Source: Spirochaetia bacterium
GTDB taxonomy: Bacteria; Spirochaetota; Spirochaetia; CADAEX01
Reading direction: 5' to 3'
Assembly: GCA_963662265.2 (NCBI GenBank)
Contig: CAXXHA010000010.1
Location: forward strand, 223,595-287,594
Length of the DNA stretch: 64,000 bases
The notes beneath the pieces are model-generated. The model was given only the letters and a program-made list of their open reading frames with translations, made no database searches and was not told where the DNA came from. Shown here in pieces: positions 47,047 to 56,474 of this stretch. Numbering within the stretch: the first letter of the stretch is position 1; every line of letters starts with the position of its first letter. The translations under genes and the position numbers were made by a program.

Positions 47047-47316
47047 ACTTTCGCATGAACCGAAGGTATTGGAATGCCCCGGCAATACAGATGACACCGG
47101 GCAGACAGGGCCGCCTTTTTATACTGCGTACAAAACCAGATAGATATTCAGGTTTAGGAACAGGACGCCTGCCCTGAGACATGAATGATATACGGCACTG
47201 ATGATTTAACACGAAGACCTGAGGAACACACAAATTCATACATTTAACTGTTTTTCAGAAAAAAACAGCAGATAATCAGCGATATTCGATGGATATTATA
47301 TTCTTCAGTTAAGCAT

Positions 47317-48390
47317 TTACCTGATAAATCCCTCTCTCCAGTGCCAGACAGTGTTTTTATCTGATCCCCCGGGAAAAGGCATTGCATTATTAAAATCAGG
47401 GATCCAGTCACTGCTGTCTTCAAGCTCCTGAATAAATCCGTTTTCAATACCATGGAAATCAAGAAGATCATATACCCTGTCGCTTTCTTCAGAGGAAACT
47501 GACCGTTCAGGATTTTCTCCGTTTTTTCCTGCGGCAGATGGGGAATACTGGAACATCAGGGAAAGGATTGCCCTGTCCATGAATTTCTCAGCATATATTT
47601 TAATGAATTTTTCAGTCGATTCAATATAGCCGGGCATTACAAGATGCCTTATTATTACCCCTCCCCTGATCATTTCACCGGTTTCAAATATGGAAAAATC
47701 TGTCTTTTTAAGACTGCACATAAGGGAGACTGCTTTGAAGACAGCCTCGGGATAATCAGGCGCATTAAAAAAACGGGAGGAAAATGATGCATCAGCCGTT
47801 TTATAATCCGGGAGAAACAGATCAACCTGGGAGGAAAGCCTCTCAACAGCCTCTTCAGTCTCATAACCAGAGCTGTTCCATAAAACAGGGATCACAAGCC
47901 CGTTCTTTTTAGCAGCTGAAAGAGCATCAACCACAGAGGGAATAAAATGTGTCCCTGTAACAAGGTTTATATTTTCCGCACCCCGCTCCTGAAGATTAAG
48001 GCATATTTCAGCAAACTCATCTGTTGAAACTGTTCTGCCCATGCTTTCCCTGCTTATCTGGGAATTCTGACAGAAGGAACACTTCAGGGTACATCCGGTA
48101 AAGAAAACAGTTCCTGATCCATTTTTTCCGGAGACAGGAGGTTCCTCGCCGCCGTGGAGAAGAGCGGCTGCTATATTTATTTCTGATGACTGACCGCAGT
48201 ACCCCGTTTTACCGGCAGTTCTGTCTATACCGCATTTCCGGGGACATAATTTACATGACCTGTAATAAGCTGTTATATCTTTCACATGAAAATAATAGGG
48301 AAAATACAGGGATTTATCAAGAAAAGGAAATGCAGCAATTTTTTTACTCGGAATCTGAATGCATTTCAGCAATATCAAAACATGCAGCAT
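47317..48390 (-). CDS. Radical SAM protein, PflX-like (pyruvate formate-lyase activase homologue); start uncertain
   Basis: CKLCPRKCGIDRTAGKTGYCG followed by FFTGCTLKCSFCQN (CxxxCxxC). Confidence 0.75.
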   Translation of the reverse strand: MLHVLILLKCIQIPSKKIAAFPFLDKSLYFPYYFHVKDITAYYRSCKLCPRKCGIDRTAGKTGYCGQSSEINIAAALLHGGEEPPVSGKNGSGTVFFTGCTLKCSFCQNSQISRESMGRTVSTDEFAEICLNLQERGAENINLVTGTHFIPSVVDALSAAKKNGLVIPVLWNSSGYETEEAVERLSSQVDLFLPDYKTADASFSSRFFNAPDYPEAVFKAVSLMCSLKKTDFSIFETGEMIRGGVIIRHLVMPGYIESTEKFIKIYAEKFMDRAILSLMFQYSPSAAGKNGENPERSVSSEESDRVYDLLDFHGIENGFIQELEDSSDWIPDFNNAMPFPGGSDKNTVWHWREGFIR

Positions 48391-48591
48391 GTTTAAATAT
48401 TTTACATTTTGGCAGTTTGAAACAAAACGGCAAATCAAAGGATTCTATTCAGGCAGGAAATTCCTTTTCACACGTGATTATTAACAGATGCAAATCAACT
48501 AAAAACATGCAGGCAATTGACAAATCAGCAAGTATCGGGATATTTTAAATAAGCTTCTTAGCTGAACAGCAGATCAGAAGCTTTTATCTGT

Positions 48592-48675
48592 GCCGGCGTG
48601 GCGAAATTGGTAGACGCAGCAGACTCAAAATCTGCCGGGGGCAACCCTGTATCGGTTCAAGTCCGATCGCCGGTA
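48592..48675 (+). tRNA. tRNA-Leu (anticodon CAA), type II with long variable arm; no encoded CCA
   Basis: Hand-folded. Acceptor GCCGGCG/CGCCGGT (G1:U72); D-arm GTGGCGAAATTGGTAGACGC; anticodon stem GCAGA/TCTGC with loop CTCAAAA; variable arm; T-arm ATCGG-TTCAAGT-CCGAT. Confidence 0.9.
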
Positions 48676-48816
48676 ATATTTTAACCTATTTAAAAAATAA
48701 ATACTTTTTACTGTAATAATTATCCAAACATTTATTATTCAATTTCACAAAAAACATGCAAGAGTTTCAATAAAAGACTATTGCGGCTCAGCATTATCAG
48801 AAAATAAAAATAATCA

Positions 48817-48835
48817 TCTCTTTCACAGAAAGAGA
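48817..48835 (-). terminator. Terminator hairpin after the yccF-like gene
   Basis: TCTCTTTC-aca-GAAAGAGA, with a T-rich tail on the minus strand. Confidence 0.55.
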
Positions 48836-48841
48836 CATCCT

Positions 48842-49276
48842 TTACTTACTGATTCTGTCTGCTATCTTCTTTGCCATAACATCATCTTTCCCAACAACCT
48901 TGCAGCCTACTGGAAAGACAAGAAATTTTCCCATCCTTATATAAACTATTCCAACAGGTATTCCAATTATAGTAAAAAAGGCGAATATTCCTGATATCAG
49001 ATAGACAACAGCAGATACAATACCAACAGGGATCCAGATGATGTTGAGAATTATTCCTCCAACTCTTCTGACAGCTGAAACTTTATCCTTTATAAAGGTT
49101 TCCCGGACTATTGCCTTGCCATAGGGAAAAGCAGAGAGCCTTGAGAAGTTGAAGCATGCCTTACCAAGGGGAATACCTATTATTGTAATTGAAAACAGGA
49201 TTGATAATACAAAAAAAACAAGGGCCTGCCACCATCCAAAAAATATAAACCAGATAATGTTGAATAATGAAACCAT
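48842..49276 (-). CDS. YccF-domain inner membrane protein
   Basis: IIWFIFFGWWQALVFFVLSILFSITIIGIPLGKACF, repeated as IIWIPVGIVSAVVYLISGIFAFFTIIGIPVG (duplicated YccF motif). Confidence 0.75.
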   Translation of the reverse strand: MVSLFNIIWFIFFGWWQALVFFVLSILFSITIIGIPLGKACFNFSRLSAFPYGKAIVRETFIKDKVSAVRRVGGIILNIIWIPVGIVSAVVYLISGIFAFFTIIGIPVGIVYIRMGKFLVFPVGCKVVGKDDVMAKKIADRISK

Positions 49277-49305
49277 ATCTACTCCTTTTTAAATATATTC
49301 AGAAA

Positions 49306-49749
49306 TCAGTAATTATAATAAATATATTCCTGATCAATATTGTCCTCAATTTTTATTTTATTCAGCAGTGTTTCCGTAAAGCCGCCAAGGGGGTAGCCAG
49401 ATATGTCATCAAGCGAAACCCATACATATTCCTGGGCTTCATCATTTAAAACAACTTCATTGGAGCTGGTTCTGCATGTATAATCCATGAAAATAAAATG
49501 CCTGTCAGAATAATATTCGTTACTGTAGAAGCATTCCTTTAATCCGACAGGTTTTATATCGTAAATAGACAGCCCAGTTTCTTCAAGAATCTCTCTCCTG
49601 AGAGCATCTTCCATCTTTTCCAGGTGTTCAACATGACCGCCTGGGATTACATATTTATCATCCCATTTATGGGATTTGCAGAGCAATATTTTATTATCTG
49701 TATTGAAGATTACAGCACTTACTGTCAATTCCGGGTATTTCATAATCAA
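49306..49749 (-). CDS. NUDIX hydrolase
   Basis: Nudix box GGHVEHLEKMEDALRREILEETGL. Confidence 0.85.
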   Translation of the reverse strand: MIMKYPELTVSAVIFNTDNKILLCKSHKWDDKYVIPGGHVEHLEKMEDALRREILEETGLSIYDIKPVGLKECFYSNEYYSDRHFIFMDYTCRTSSNEVVLNDEAQEYVWVSLDDISGYPLGGFTETLLNKIKIEDNIDQEYIYYNY

Positions 49750-49947
49750 ATCATAACTTGTAACCTGATCCGAAGCAATATTACGAATGAGATCATTATT
49801 TTATTTCAAAGACTTTCTGTTCTTTCGTTTTTAAAAACCCAACTGATGCATAAAAACTATGTGTATTCACCCGGTTGCTGTTACACCGCACACGGGTTTT
49901 ATTTTCTTGTCTACTCGTATATTTCAAGATAAAATCATATATTAGTA

Positions 49948-51429
49948 ATGAACAGAACCATTATCAGATACAGATTAATTGAAATGTCTATCCCGTCATT
50001 GTTATTATATATTCTAATTCTTGCTTCATGCGCTCATGTAATTGTTCTGGATGTGGTCCCTCACGATGCGGATATAAAAATAAATAACAGAGAATATATC
50101 AGCAAAGAAGAATTCAAAACAAAAGAAAGAAACATATATGTATCTATAAACAAAGATGGATACATACCGGTAGAAACGGAACTTGCAAATATATCGGGGA
50201 AGAACAATGTATATAATTTCAGACTGGAGAAAATCAAATATCCCCTGCACATAAAAATGCTTTCACAGAACACCGAAGCGCATCTCCTGCTGAACTGTAA
50301 CGGGAAGAACATAAAAGGGAGTGAAATTAACCAGACAATAGAAAACGGGAATTACAGCTTATTCCTTATCAGCAATAATGAAAGACTTTCAATTCCAGTC
50401 ACAGTGGATCAGAAAATCTCCATGCTGATAAGGGATCCAGAAATACGAAACAATATCAGGAATATTGAGCTTACGCCTGAAGGTCTTTACACGTGCGGAA
50501 GTCAGCCGAAACAGGTAAACATATCGCCGGACAGCAGTTGTGCCTATATTACTTTATTGAATGGTACAGGTTTTCAGATTTTTGATATAAAAAGGAAAAA
50601 AATAATTAATACAATATCTCCGGGAACTGACGGGAAAAAGAAAGGTTTTGTAGAAGGATGTTTTATCCCTGATTTAAACACCTACCTTGTTTCCCAGATG
50701 ACAACAGGGAAGGTATATGAATATGATGTAAGCAACTGCAGGAAACCGGAACTTCGAAGAGTACTGAATACGAGAGGAAAATGGAGCAAGGTTGTTGCCT
50801 ACAACGATGAACTGGGAATAATAGCTGTATCCAACTGGCTCAGTAATACAATTTCCCTGATAAGTTATGAAAGCGGAAAAATTTTAAAACAGATAGATGA
50901 AATATCTGTACCGCGGGGTATAATTTTTTCCGGCAAAGGTGATTTCTTCTATGCGGCATCATACAATGATGGAACTGTAACAAAATACAGGACAAAAGAC
51001 TGGAAAAAGATTACAGAAATAAAAATTGAGGATTCCGCAATGCGGCACCTTGCCCTTACACAGGATGATTCAACGTTGTATGCAAGCGCCATGGGTATCG
51101 GAAAAATATACAGGATTGATACAAAAAGTTTCAAGGTTACAAAATCATTTTCAGGATTCACCAATCCAAATACAATAAAACTGACACCTGATAATAAATA
51201 CCTGGCTGTCTCGTCCCGGGGGAAAAACAATCCTGAGGGCTATCTCTTTAAAAGCAAAGAACCGGGATTTGTGACATTACTTGATCTGCATGGCAAAAAC
51301 AAAAAATGTGTAATTAAAGGGGGATTGCAGCCGACAGGCCTTGATATATCACCTGATGGCTCTTTCTTTATTTTCTCAAACTTTCAGGATGATACAATAG
51401 AAATATACAGGTTCAGAGAATATCCATAA
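49948..51429 (+). CDS. Lipoprotein with a PEGA-like domain and a YncE/YVTN-type beta-propeller
   Basis: Lipobox LILASC; the true start may be the ATG at 49984. Repeated motifs of the ...YASA...GKIYRID / LAVSSRG / ISPDGSF type. Confidence 0.6.
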   Translation: MNRTIIRYRLIEMSIPSLLLYILILASCAHVIVLDVVPHDADIKINNREYISKEEFKTKERNIYVSINKDGYIPVETELANISGKNNVYNFRLEKIKYPLHIKMLSQNTEAHLLLNCNGKNIKGSEINQTIENGNYSLFLISNNERLSIPVTVDQKISMLIRDPEIRNNIRNIELTPEGLYTCGSQPKQVNISPDSSCAYITLLNGTGFQIFDIKRKKIINTISPGTDGKKKGFVEGCFIPDLNTYLVSQMTTGKVYEYDVSNCRKPELRRVLNTRGKWSKVVAYNDELGIIAVSNWLSNTISLISYESGKILKQIDEISVPRGIIFSGKGDFFYAASYNDGTVTKYRTKDWKKITEIKIEDSAMRHLALTQDDSTLYASAMGIGKIYRIDTKSFKVTKSFSGFTNPNTIKLTPDNKYLAVSSRGKNNPEGYLFKSKEPGFVTLLDLHGKNKKCVIKGGLQPTGLDISPDGSFFIFSNFQDDTIEIYRFREYP

Positions 51430-51457
51430 TCTGTCTTAATATTTTAAGGATATAAGG

Positions 51458-51487
51458 AACAGCAGGTAATGTGCTTTACCTGCTGTT
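51458..51487. terminator. 11-bp stem hairpin between the convergent propeller and MCP genes
   Basis: AACAGCAGGTA-atgtgctt-TACCTGCTGTT. No long T tract on either side. Confidence 0.5.
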
Positions 51488-51495
51488 ATATATTG

Positions 51496-53448
51496 TTAAT
51501 CAATTTTGAAAAAGTCTATAACTCTTATCAGTTCCTTTGCTTCATTGGTAAGCTCTCCCGATGTGCCGGAAAGTTCTTCAGAGGCTGCCGCATTCTGCTG
51601 AATAACATTATCAAGTTCAATGAGAGCCCTGTTAATCTGTTCAACTCCTGTTGTCTGCTCTCCGCTTGCAGAGCTTATTTCCTGTACAAGCTCTGAAGTC
51701 TTTTCTATTTCAGGAACAAGTGCCATCAGAAGATCGCTGCTTTCCTTTGCTGTTCCCATTGTCTGGGTTGAAAGCTCTGTTATCTCACTTGCAGCTACCT
51801 GGCTTCTTTCAGCAAGCTTCCTGACTTCAGATGCAACAACAGCAAACCCCTTACCGTGCTCCCCGGCTCTTGCAGCTTCTATAGCGGCATTGAGGGCAAG
51901 CATGTTTGTCTGCCTGGCAATATCTTCAATAATTGAAATCTTCTCAACTATATCCTGCATTGCTTCAAGAGACTTTCCAAGCTGAGTTGCGTTACCAGCC
52001 GCATCAACCGCAACTTTCTTGGCTATATCGCCTGTTGTCCTGGAATTGTCCGCATTCTGCTTAATCGAAGCATTCATCTCTTCCATTGAAGCTGATACCT
52101 CTTCAGAGGAGGATGCCTGCTCAGAGGCTCCTGTTGCTATCTGCTGAGAGGAACCGTTTATCTGTTCACTGCTTGTGGAAAGCCTTTCTCCCGCCTCTTT
52201 TATCCGGCTTACTATACTTCTGAGAGAATCAAGCATGGTATTGAGAGATCTTCCCAGTTCCCCGAACTCATCCTTCTTCCTGAGGAATTCCTCAGGCGGA
52301 TCAAAGGTAAGGTCTCCGTTTGCAATGTGAGAAGCAAGAGATACTGCATCGCCGATAGGCTTTATTGTCCTGCTTATGAAAAAGAAAATCAGGACTGATA
52401 CTACTGCCAGTATGATTAGGCTGACAATAATAAACTGTGCAAGCTGCTGTCTTACAGGGGCCATGATCCGGTCTTTGTTTACAACAAGAAATACCGGCCA
52501 TCCAGTCTGCTCAATTACTTCAGGGAATATAATATAGTTTTTGCCGTCATCTCCATGATATTCAATTGTCTCCCTGCTACCCGCTTTAACACCTTCAAAA
52601 GCACTCTTCAGTTCATCAGGAAAGACATCGCTTTCAAGTATATTGCCTTTAAGAATAAGTTCCTTATCCGGGTGGGCAATTACTGTACCGTCTGTATCTA
52701 CAAGGTATGCAAAACTGTCATCATGAAGCTTCAATGAATCCACAAGCTGGAGGATTATGTCTATGGACAGGTCAATTGCGGTCACACCGAGAAGTATCCC
52801 GTTGTCCCTTACAGGAGTAATCGGGCTGACAACAACTGTCCCGGTAATCCCGTCAATATAGGGACTTGTAATTGATGTATAATCCTTTTCTATTGCTCCG
52901 GAATACCATGGCCTGTTTCTGAGAAAATAATACCTGTCTCCGGCATAATCCTCAGGATCAGCAATAAAGTCCTGAGTCTTTTCAAAACCGACATATGTGA
53001 GCATGATGGAATCGTCACTCTTCTTTATATTCCGGAATGTTTCAACCGCGTTATAATAAAGTCCCATTATTTCAGGATCCCTCTCCATATCAGGGGTGGC
53101 AACTTTAATTGTTGATGCAAGCTTCTTGATATGATCCGGAAGAGAATCATATTCAGTATCTATCGGGGATTCATAGAAATACTCTCTGTATTCCTTCTTT
53201 CTCATCAGATCAATTATCCATTGATTTTTAGACATGCTGTCCGGTATTGCCATCTTCCTGGCAAGAAACCCTTCAACATTATTTACAGTTGCCTCAAGTG
53301 TTGCAGATGCCTCACTGAATGTGGATTCAAGGAGAGTTTTGCTGAAATTCGTGAAAGTGATATACCCGTTCACAACAAAAAGGAAAATTACAGTCAAAAG
53401 AACAATAAATGTTATTTTAAGTTTCAGTGAATTTAAATTGATCTTCAT
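51496..53448 (-). CDS. Methyl-accepting chemotaxis protein (Cache-type periplasmic sensor, HAMP, signalling domain)
   Basis: Two TM segments flank a ~300-aa periplasmic domain. Signalling hairpin [40 protein letters not shown]. Confidence 0.9.
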   Translation of the reverse strand: MKINLNSLKLKITFIVLLTVIFLFVVNGYITFTNFSKTLLESTFSEASATLEATVNNVEGFLARKMAIPDSMSKNQWIIDLMRKKEYREYFYESPIDTEYDSLPDHIKKLASTIKVATPDMERDPEIMGLYYNAVETFRNIKKSDDSIMLTYVGFEKTQDFIADPEDYAGDRYYFLRNRPWYSGAIEKDYTSITSPYIDGITGTVVVSPITPVRDNGILLGVTAIDLSIDIILQLVDSLKLHDDSFAYLVDTDGTVIAHPDKELILKGNILESDVFPDELKSAFEGVKAGSRETIEYHGDDGKNYIIFPEVIEQTGWPVFLVVNKDRIMAPVRQQLAQFIIVSLIILAVVSVLIFFFISRTIKPIGDAVSLASHIANGDLTFDPPEEFLRKKDEFGELGRSLNTMLDSLRSIVSRIKEAGERLSTSSEQINGSSQQIATGASEQASSSEEVSASMEEMNASIKQNADNSRTTGDIAKKVAVDAAGNATQLGKSLEAMQDIVEKISIIEDIARQTNMLALNAAIEAARAGEHGKGFAVVASEVRKLAERSQVAASEITELSTQTMGTAKESSDLLMALVPEIEKTSELVQEISSASGEQTTGVEQINRALIELDNVIQQNAAASEELSGTSGELTNEAKELIRVIDFFKID

Positions 53449-53667
53449 GTTAAACCTCTCATGTTATTTCTATTCTGATTCCAGCAAAAATAAATTGAAC
53501 AAACAGCCTGAAGCATCAAATTCCGGTAAATAACTTAAAATAATTTTTTTCCTTTTTTAATTGATTATTTAAAAATGAAATCAGAATTAATATTATATAA
53601 TAATGATAACTCACGGTGGGAACAAAAACAAATACAATATTCAGATTTTTATATTAACGGTTTTTTT

Positions 53668-56472
53668 TCAGAAACCTTTCCGCTCCATTTTTCCCCAGCC
53701 GGAAACATTTCTCAGGCTGCTGATATATCCCTTGAGCCGGACAAGACCCAGCACCTGCCTGAAACCGAAATTCTCAAGGAAAGCATAGAAAACAAGGATT
53801 ATCTTATCAGAAATGCTGTAATACCTGGCCCTGTATTCCGCAATAAACAATGAACAGAGAGAAACAAAAATTCCAAGAAGAACAGAAGCTGAGAATATTA
53901 CAGCAATGGATGGAAGCTGAAGAGAATCTGAAAGAACAGCAATAAGGAAAACTGCAGCCCCCTGCACTTCAAACCAAGGTCCCATCATTTCAAAGAAGAA
54001 GAAGTACGGGAATGCAATAACACCAGCAGCCCCGTATGAGCGGTTGAAAAACATCTTGAAATGATAGCTCATTATATCAATAAGACCGCGCTGCCACCTG
54101 TCACGCTGACGTACCAGCACTTTCCAGCTTTCAGGAACTTCTGTCCAGCAGTTTGCATTGTAAATATATTTAATATCATAATCCCTTTTCTGCTCATTCA
54201 GCATCCTGGTTATCCGGACAACAAGCTCCATATCCTCGCCCACTGTATCTTTTTCAAAAAACTCACTGCCGGTAAGATATCCATGGACATCTATTACCCT
54301 GTTTCTCTTAAAAACACCGAAAGCACCGGATATTATAAGCAGTGCAATTTCAGACCAGCCAACTCTTCCTGCCATGAAAGACCTTATATATTCTACAGTC
54401 TGAAATTTGACAAGAGGGGATTTCCCAAGCCTTATCCTGCTTATGAATCCGTTTTCCACAGTGCAACCGTTTACCGGGAATATATTGCCGCCTGCCGCAA
54501 CAACCTCTTTGTCAGAATCGAGGAAGCTGCCCATTATTCTTAACAGGGCATCCCGTTCAAGGAGTGAATCTGAATCTATACCGACAAAATATTCACCGGA
54601 GGCAGCATTGATACCGCAGTTAAGGGAATCCGCTTTTCCCCCGTTGATTTTATCAACAAGCAGAAGTTCAGGATATTTTTTCCCCTTGTAAAGTGCCCTG
54701 ATACCCCTGGTTTTCAGGGATTCCATCACAGCAATATCTGTTTTTTCAAGTTCAAAATAATCTATCACTTTTTTAAGCGTGTTGTCTTTCGAACCGTCAT
54801 TGACAACAATAAGCTCATATTCGGGATACCTGAGATTCAGAAGAGAGTTAATACTTTCTATAATTGTATTCTCCTCGTTGAAAGCAGGAGCTATTATTGA
54901 AAGGGAGGGAAGTATGTTTTCCCTGAAAAGAAAGGAAAGCTGTTTTAGTTCCTGGTACCGGGCCTGTTTTACAACCCCTTTGAATGAGAATAAGAGCACT
55001 ATGAGATATATACTGTTAAGAGATACTGAATACACAGCAAACAGCCAGCTGAAAAAAGCAGAATAATTCCGAAAATGGAATTCAAAAGGATAACGCCCCT
55101 CCCAGAAATGGTGAAAGATCATATACAGAATTGGAGTTGTTACAAATGTAAGAATCAGGGCTGTATAAAGGAATTTCAGGCGGCTCTCTTCTCTGCTCTT
55201 TTTCTTCCTCTCCTTGAAATTTCTCCGCTTGAGTCCGGCCTTTATAATGAGTCTTTCATCGAGATAAAACTCAAAATCCCGTTTCAGTTCAGGGTTGTCA
55301 ACACTGTTGAGTACTGAAATTATCTCATCCTCAAGCTCCCGGTTGCTGTTCTTGTTCATAAAATTAATAAGACTGCTGACTTTTTTTCTGTAGACAAGTT
55401 TCTTGACAATAATATCTATCCTGCTTTTATCAACAGCAAGAAGAGATTCAAGAACATACTCAAGCCGGTTTGATATTACATCAAGCAGCCCTTCTGAAAT
55501 TTCCTCACTGATATCATTGAAAAAATACTCTGTTATGACTTTAAAATACTGGGGAGATTTCTTGATAATATTGGAAAGCGCAACAACTGCGTTTTCCTGG
55601 ACACAGCAGTCGGAAAGATATTTTATCAGAACTCCAACATTTTTCAGGTCCGGTTTTTCTGAAAGAGACTCGACAGCAAGCTTCCTGATTTCAAGATCGC
55701 TGTTATCCAGGTAGTTGTTAATATCTATAGCGGAAATATATTTTCTTGTAGCAGTTTCAAAAGCCATTCGTGATACGTGAATATCATCGGAATTTATTTT
55801 TTCAATAACATAATCTTCAAAAAGGAATGAAGGATAATACGACGCGTAACTCAAAAGAAGAAACTGGATTTCCTTTTCAGGCCTGTTTTTAAGGATTTCA
55901 AAATAATCAAGAAACCCGTCTTCAAAACCTGAAATAACACTTCGTATTTTTTCCTGCATCTTTTCAGGGACATCTCTGAGACTGTCAATAATCGAGGGGA
56001 TAACTGCAGAGTCTTTCTGTTCGACAAGAGAATTAATAATGTAAAGCTTGCGGGCACTGCTTTTTTCCCTGAGAAGGGACAGCATGAGGGCATTTACAGC
56101 TTTTGGAGATTTTACATATCCAAGGCATACAGCTGCATAAGTTTTCCTGTAGCCCCGGCCCCGCATCAGCATCTTGAGAAGCCTGTTGACTATCCCCCAT
56201 TTTTCAAGCAATTCAGATATTTCAACTTCAACACCGGAAGGAAAATCAACTGACTGCTTAAGCTCCATATATTCCTTCAGAATAATTTTCCAGTTTTGTT
56301 TCCTTAATATTAATCCGGTATCCCTGTTGTTTATTTTTCCGCTGAAATATTCCCTTATACTGCTTCTTTTCTTCATATTCAGTCTCTTTGAAACAAAGAG
56401 AATTACAAGCATCAGGACAGCGGCCGCATCAAGAAATAAAACTGTAAAAAAAATCAGGTATAACTGGGACAA
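53668..56472 (-). CDS. Processive family-2 glycosyltransferase (PgaC/IcaA-like synthase) fused to an N-terminal TM segment plus HEAT-repeat domain
   Basis: TTG start. HEAT-like units (YAAVCLGYVKSPKAVNALMLSL..., AVIPSIIDSL...). GT2 motifs SIIAPAFNEE, VVNDGSKDNT, GIDSDS, GEDMEL, QRDRWQRG. TM helices on both sides of the GT domain. Confidence 0.8.
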   Translation of the reverse strand: MSQLYLIFFTVLFLDAAAVLMLVILFVSKRLNMKKRSSIREYFSGKINNRDTGLILRKQNWKIILKEYMELKQSVDFPSGVEVEISELLEKWGIVNRLLKMLMRGRGYRKTYAAVCLGYVKSPKAVNALMLSLLREKSSARKLYIINSLVEQKDSAVIPSIIDSLRDVPEKMQEKIRSVISGFEDGFLDYFEILKNRPEKEIQFLLLSYASYYPSFLFEDYVIEKINSDDIHVSRMAFETATRKYISAIDINNYLDNSDLEIRKLAVESLSEKPDLKNVGVLIKYLSDCCVQENAVVALSNIIKKSPQYFKVITEYFFNDISEEISEGLLDVISNRLEYVLESLLAVDKSRIDIIVKKLVYRKKVSSLINFMNKNSNRELEDEIISVLNSVDNPELKRDFEFYLDERLIIKAGLKRRNFKERKKKSREESRLKFLYTALILTFVTTPILYMIFHHFWEGRYPFEFHFRNYSAFFSWLFAVYSVSLNSIYLIVLLFSFKGVVKQARYQELKQLSFLFRENILPSLSIIAPAFNEENTIIESINSLLNLRYPEYELIVVNDGSKDNTLKKVIDYFELEKTDIAVMESLKTRGIRALYKGKKYPELLLVDKINGGKADSLNCGINAASGEYFVGIDSDSLLERDALLRIMGSFLDSDKEVVAAGGNIFPVNGCTVENGFISRIRLGKSPLVKFQTVEYIRSFMAGRVGWSEIALLIISGAFGVFKRNRVIDVHGYLTGSEFFEKDTVGEDMELVVRITRMLNEQKRDYDIKYIYNANCWTEVPESWKVLVRQRDRWQRGLIDIMSYHFKMFFNRSYGAAGVIAFPYFFFFEMMGPWFEVQGAAVFLIAVLSDSLQLPSIAVIFSASVLLGIFVSLCSLFIAEYRARYYSISDKIILVFYAFLENFGFRQVLGLVRLKGYISSLRNVSGWGKMERKGF

Positions 56473-56474
56473 AA

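Noticed and set aside
47085-47125. Resemblance of CAGATGACACCGGGCAG to the 3' side of the SRP (4.5S) RNA domain IV
   Set aside because: The conserved 5'-side GGAAGCAGCC-type motif and the closing helix are absent, so the similarity is limited to a short string.
46892-47239. ORFs of 83 aa (plus strand) and 89 aa (minus strand) in the GC-rich convergent intergenic region
   Set aside because: Both have implausible composition (Arg/Pro/Cys/Trp/His-rich) and no RBS. The internal 71-nt repeat is out of frame with itself. I treat the region as non-coding.
48592-51429. tRNA-Leu as an integration site for a genomic island
   Set aside because: There is no integrase, no direct repeat of the tRNA 3' end and no phage or mobile genes downstream. 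The neighbours are ordinary small housekeeping or membrane genes.
53575-53853. 92-aa plus-strand ORF at the 3' end of the synthase gene
   Set aside because: It overlaps the C-terminal TM region of the GT2 gene on the opposite strand. It has no RBS and low-complexity sequence.
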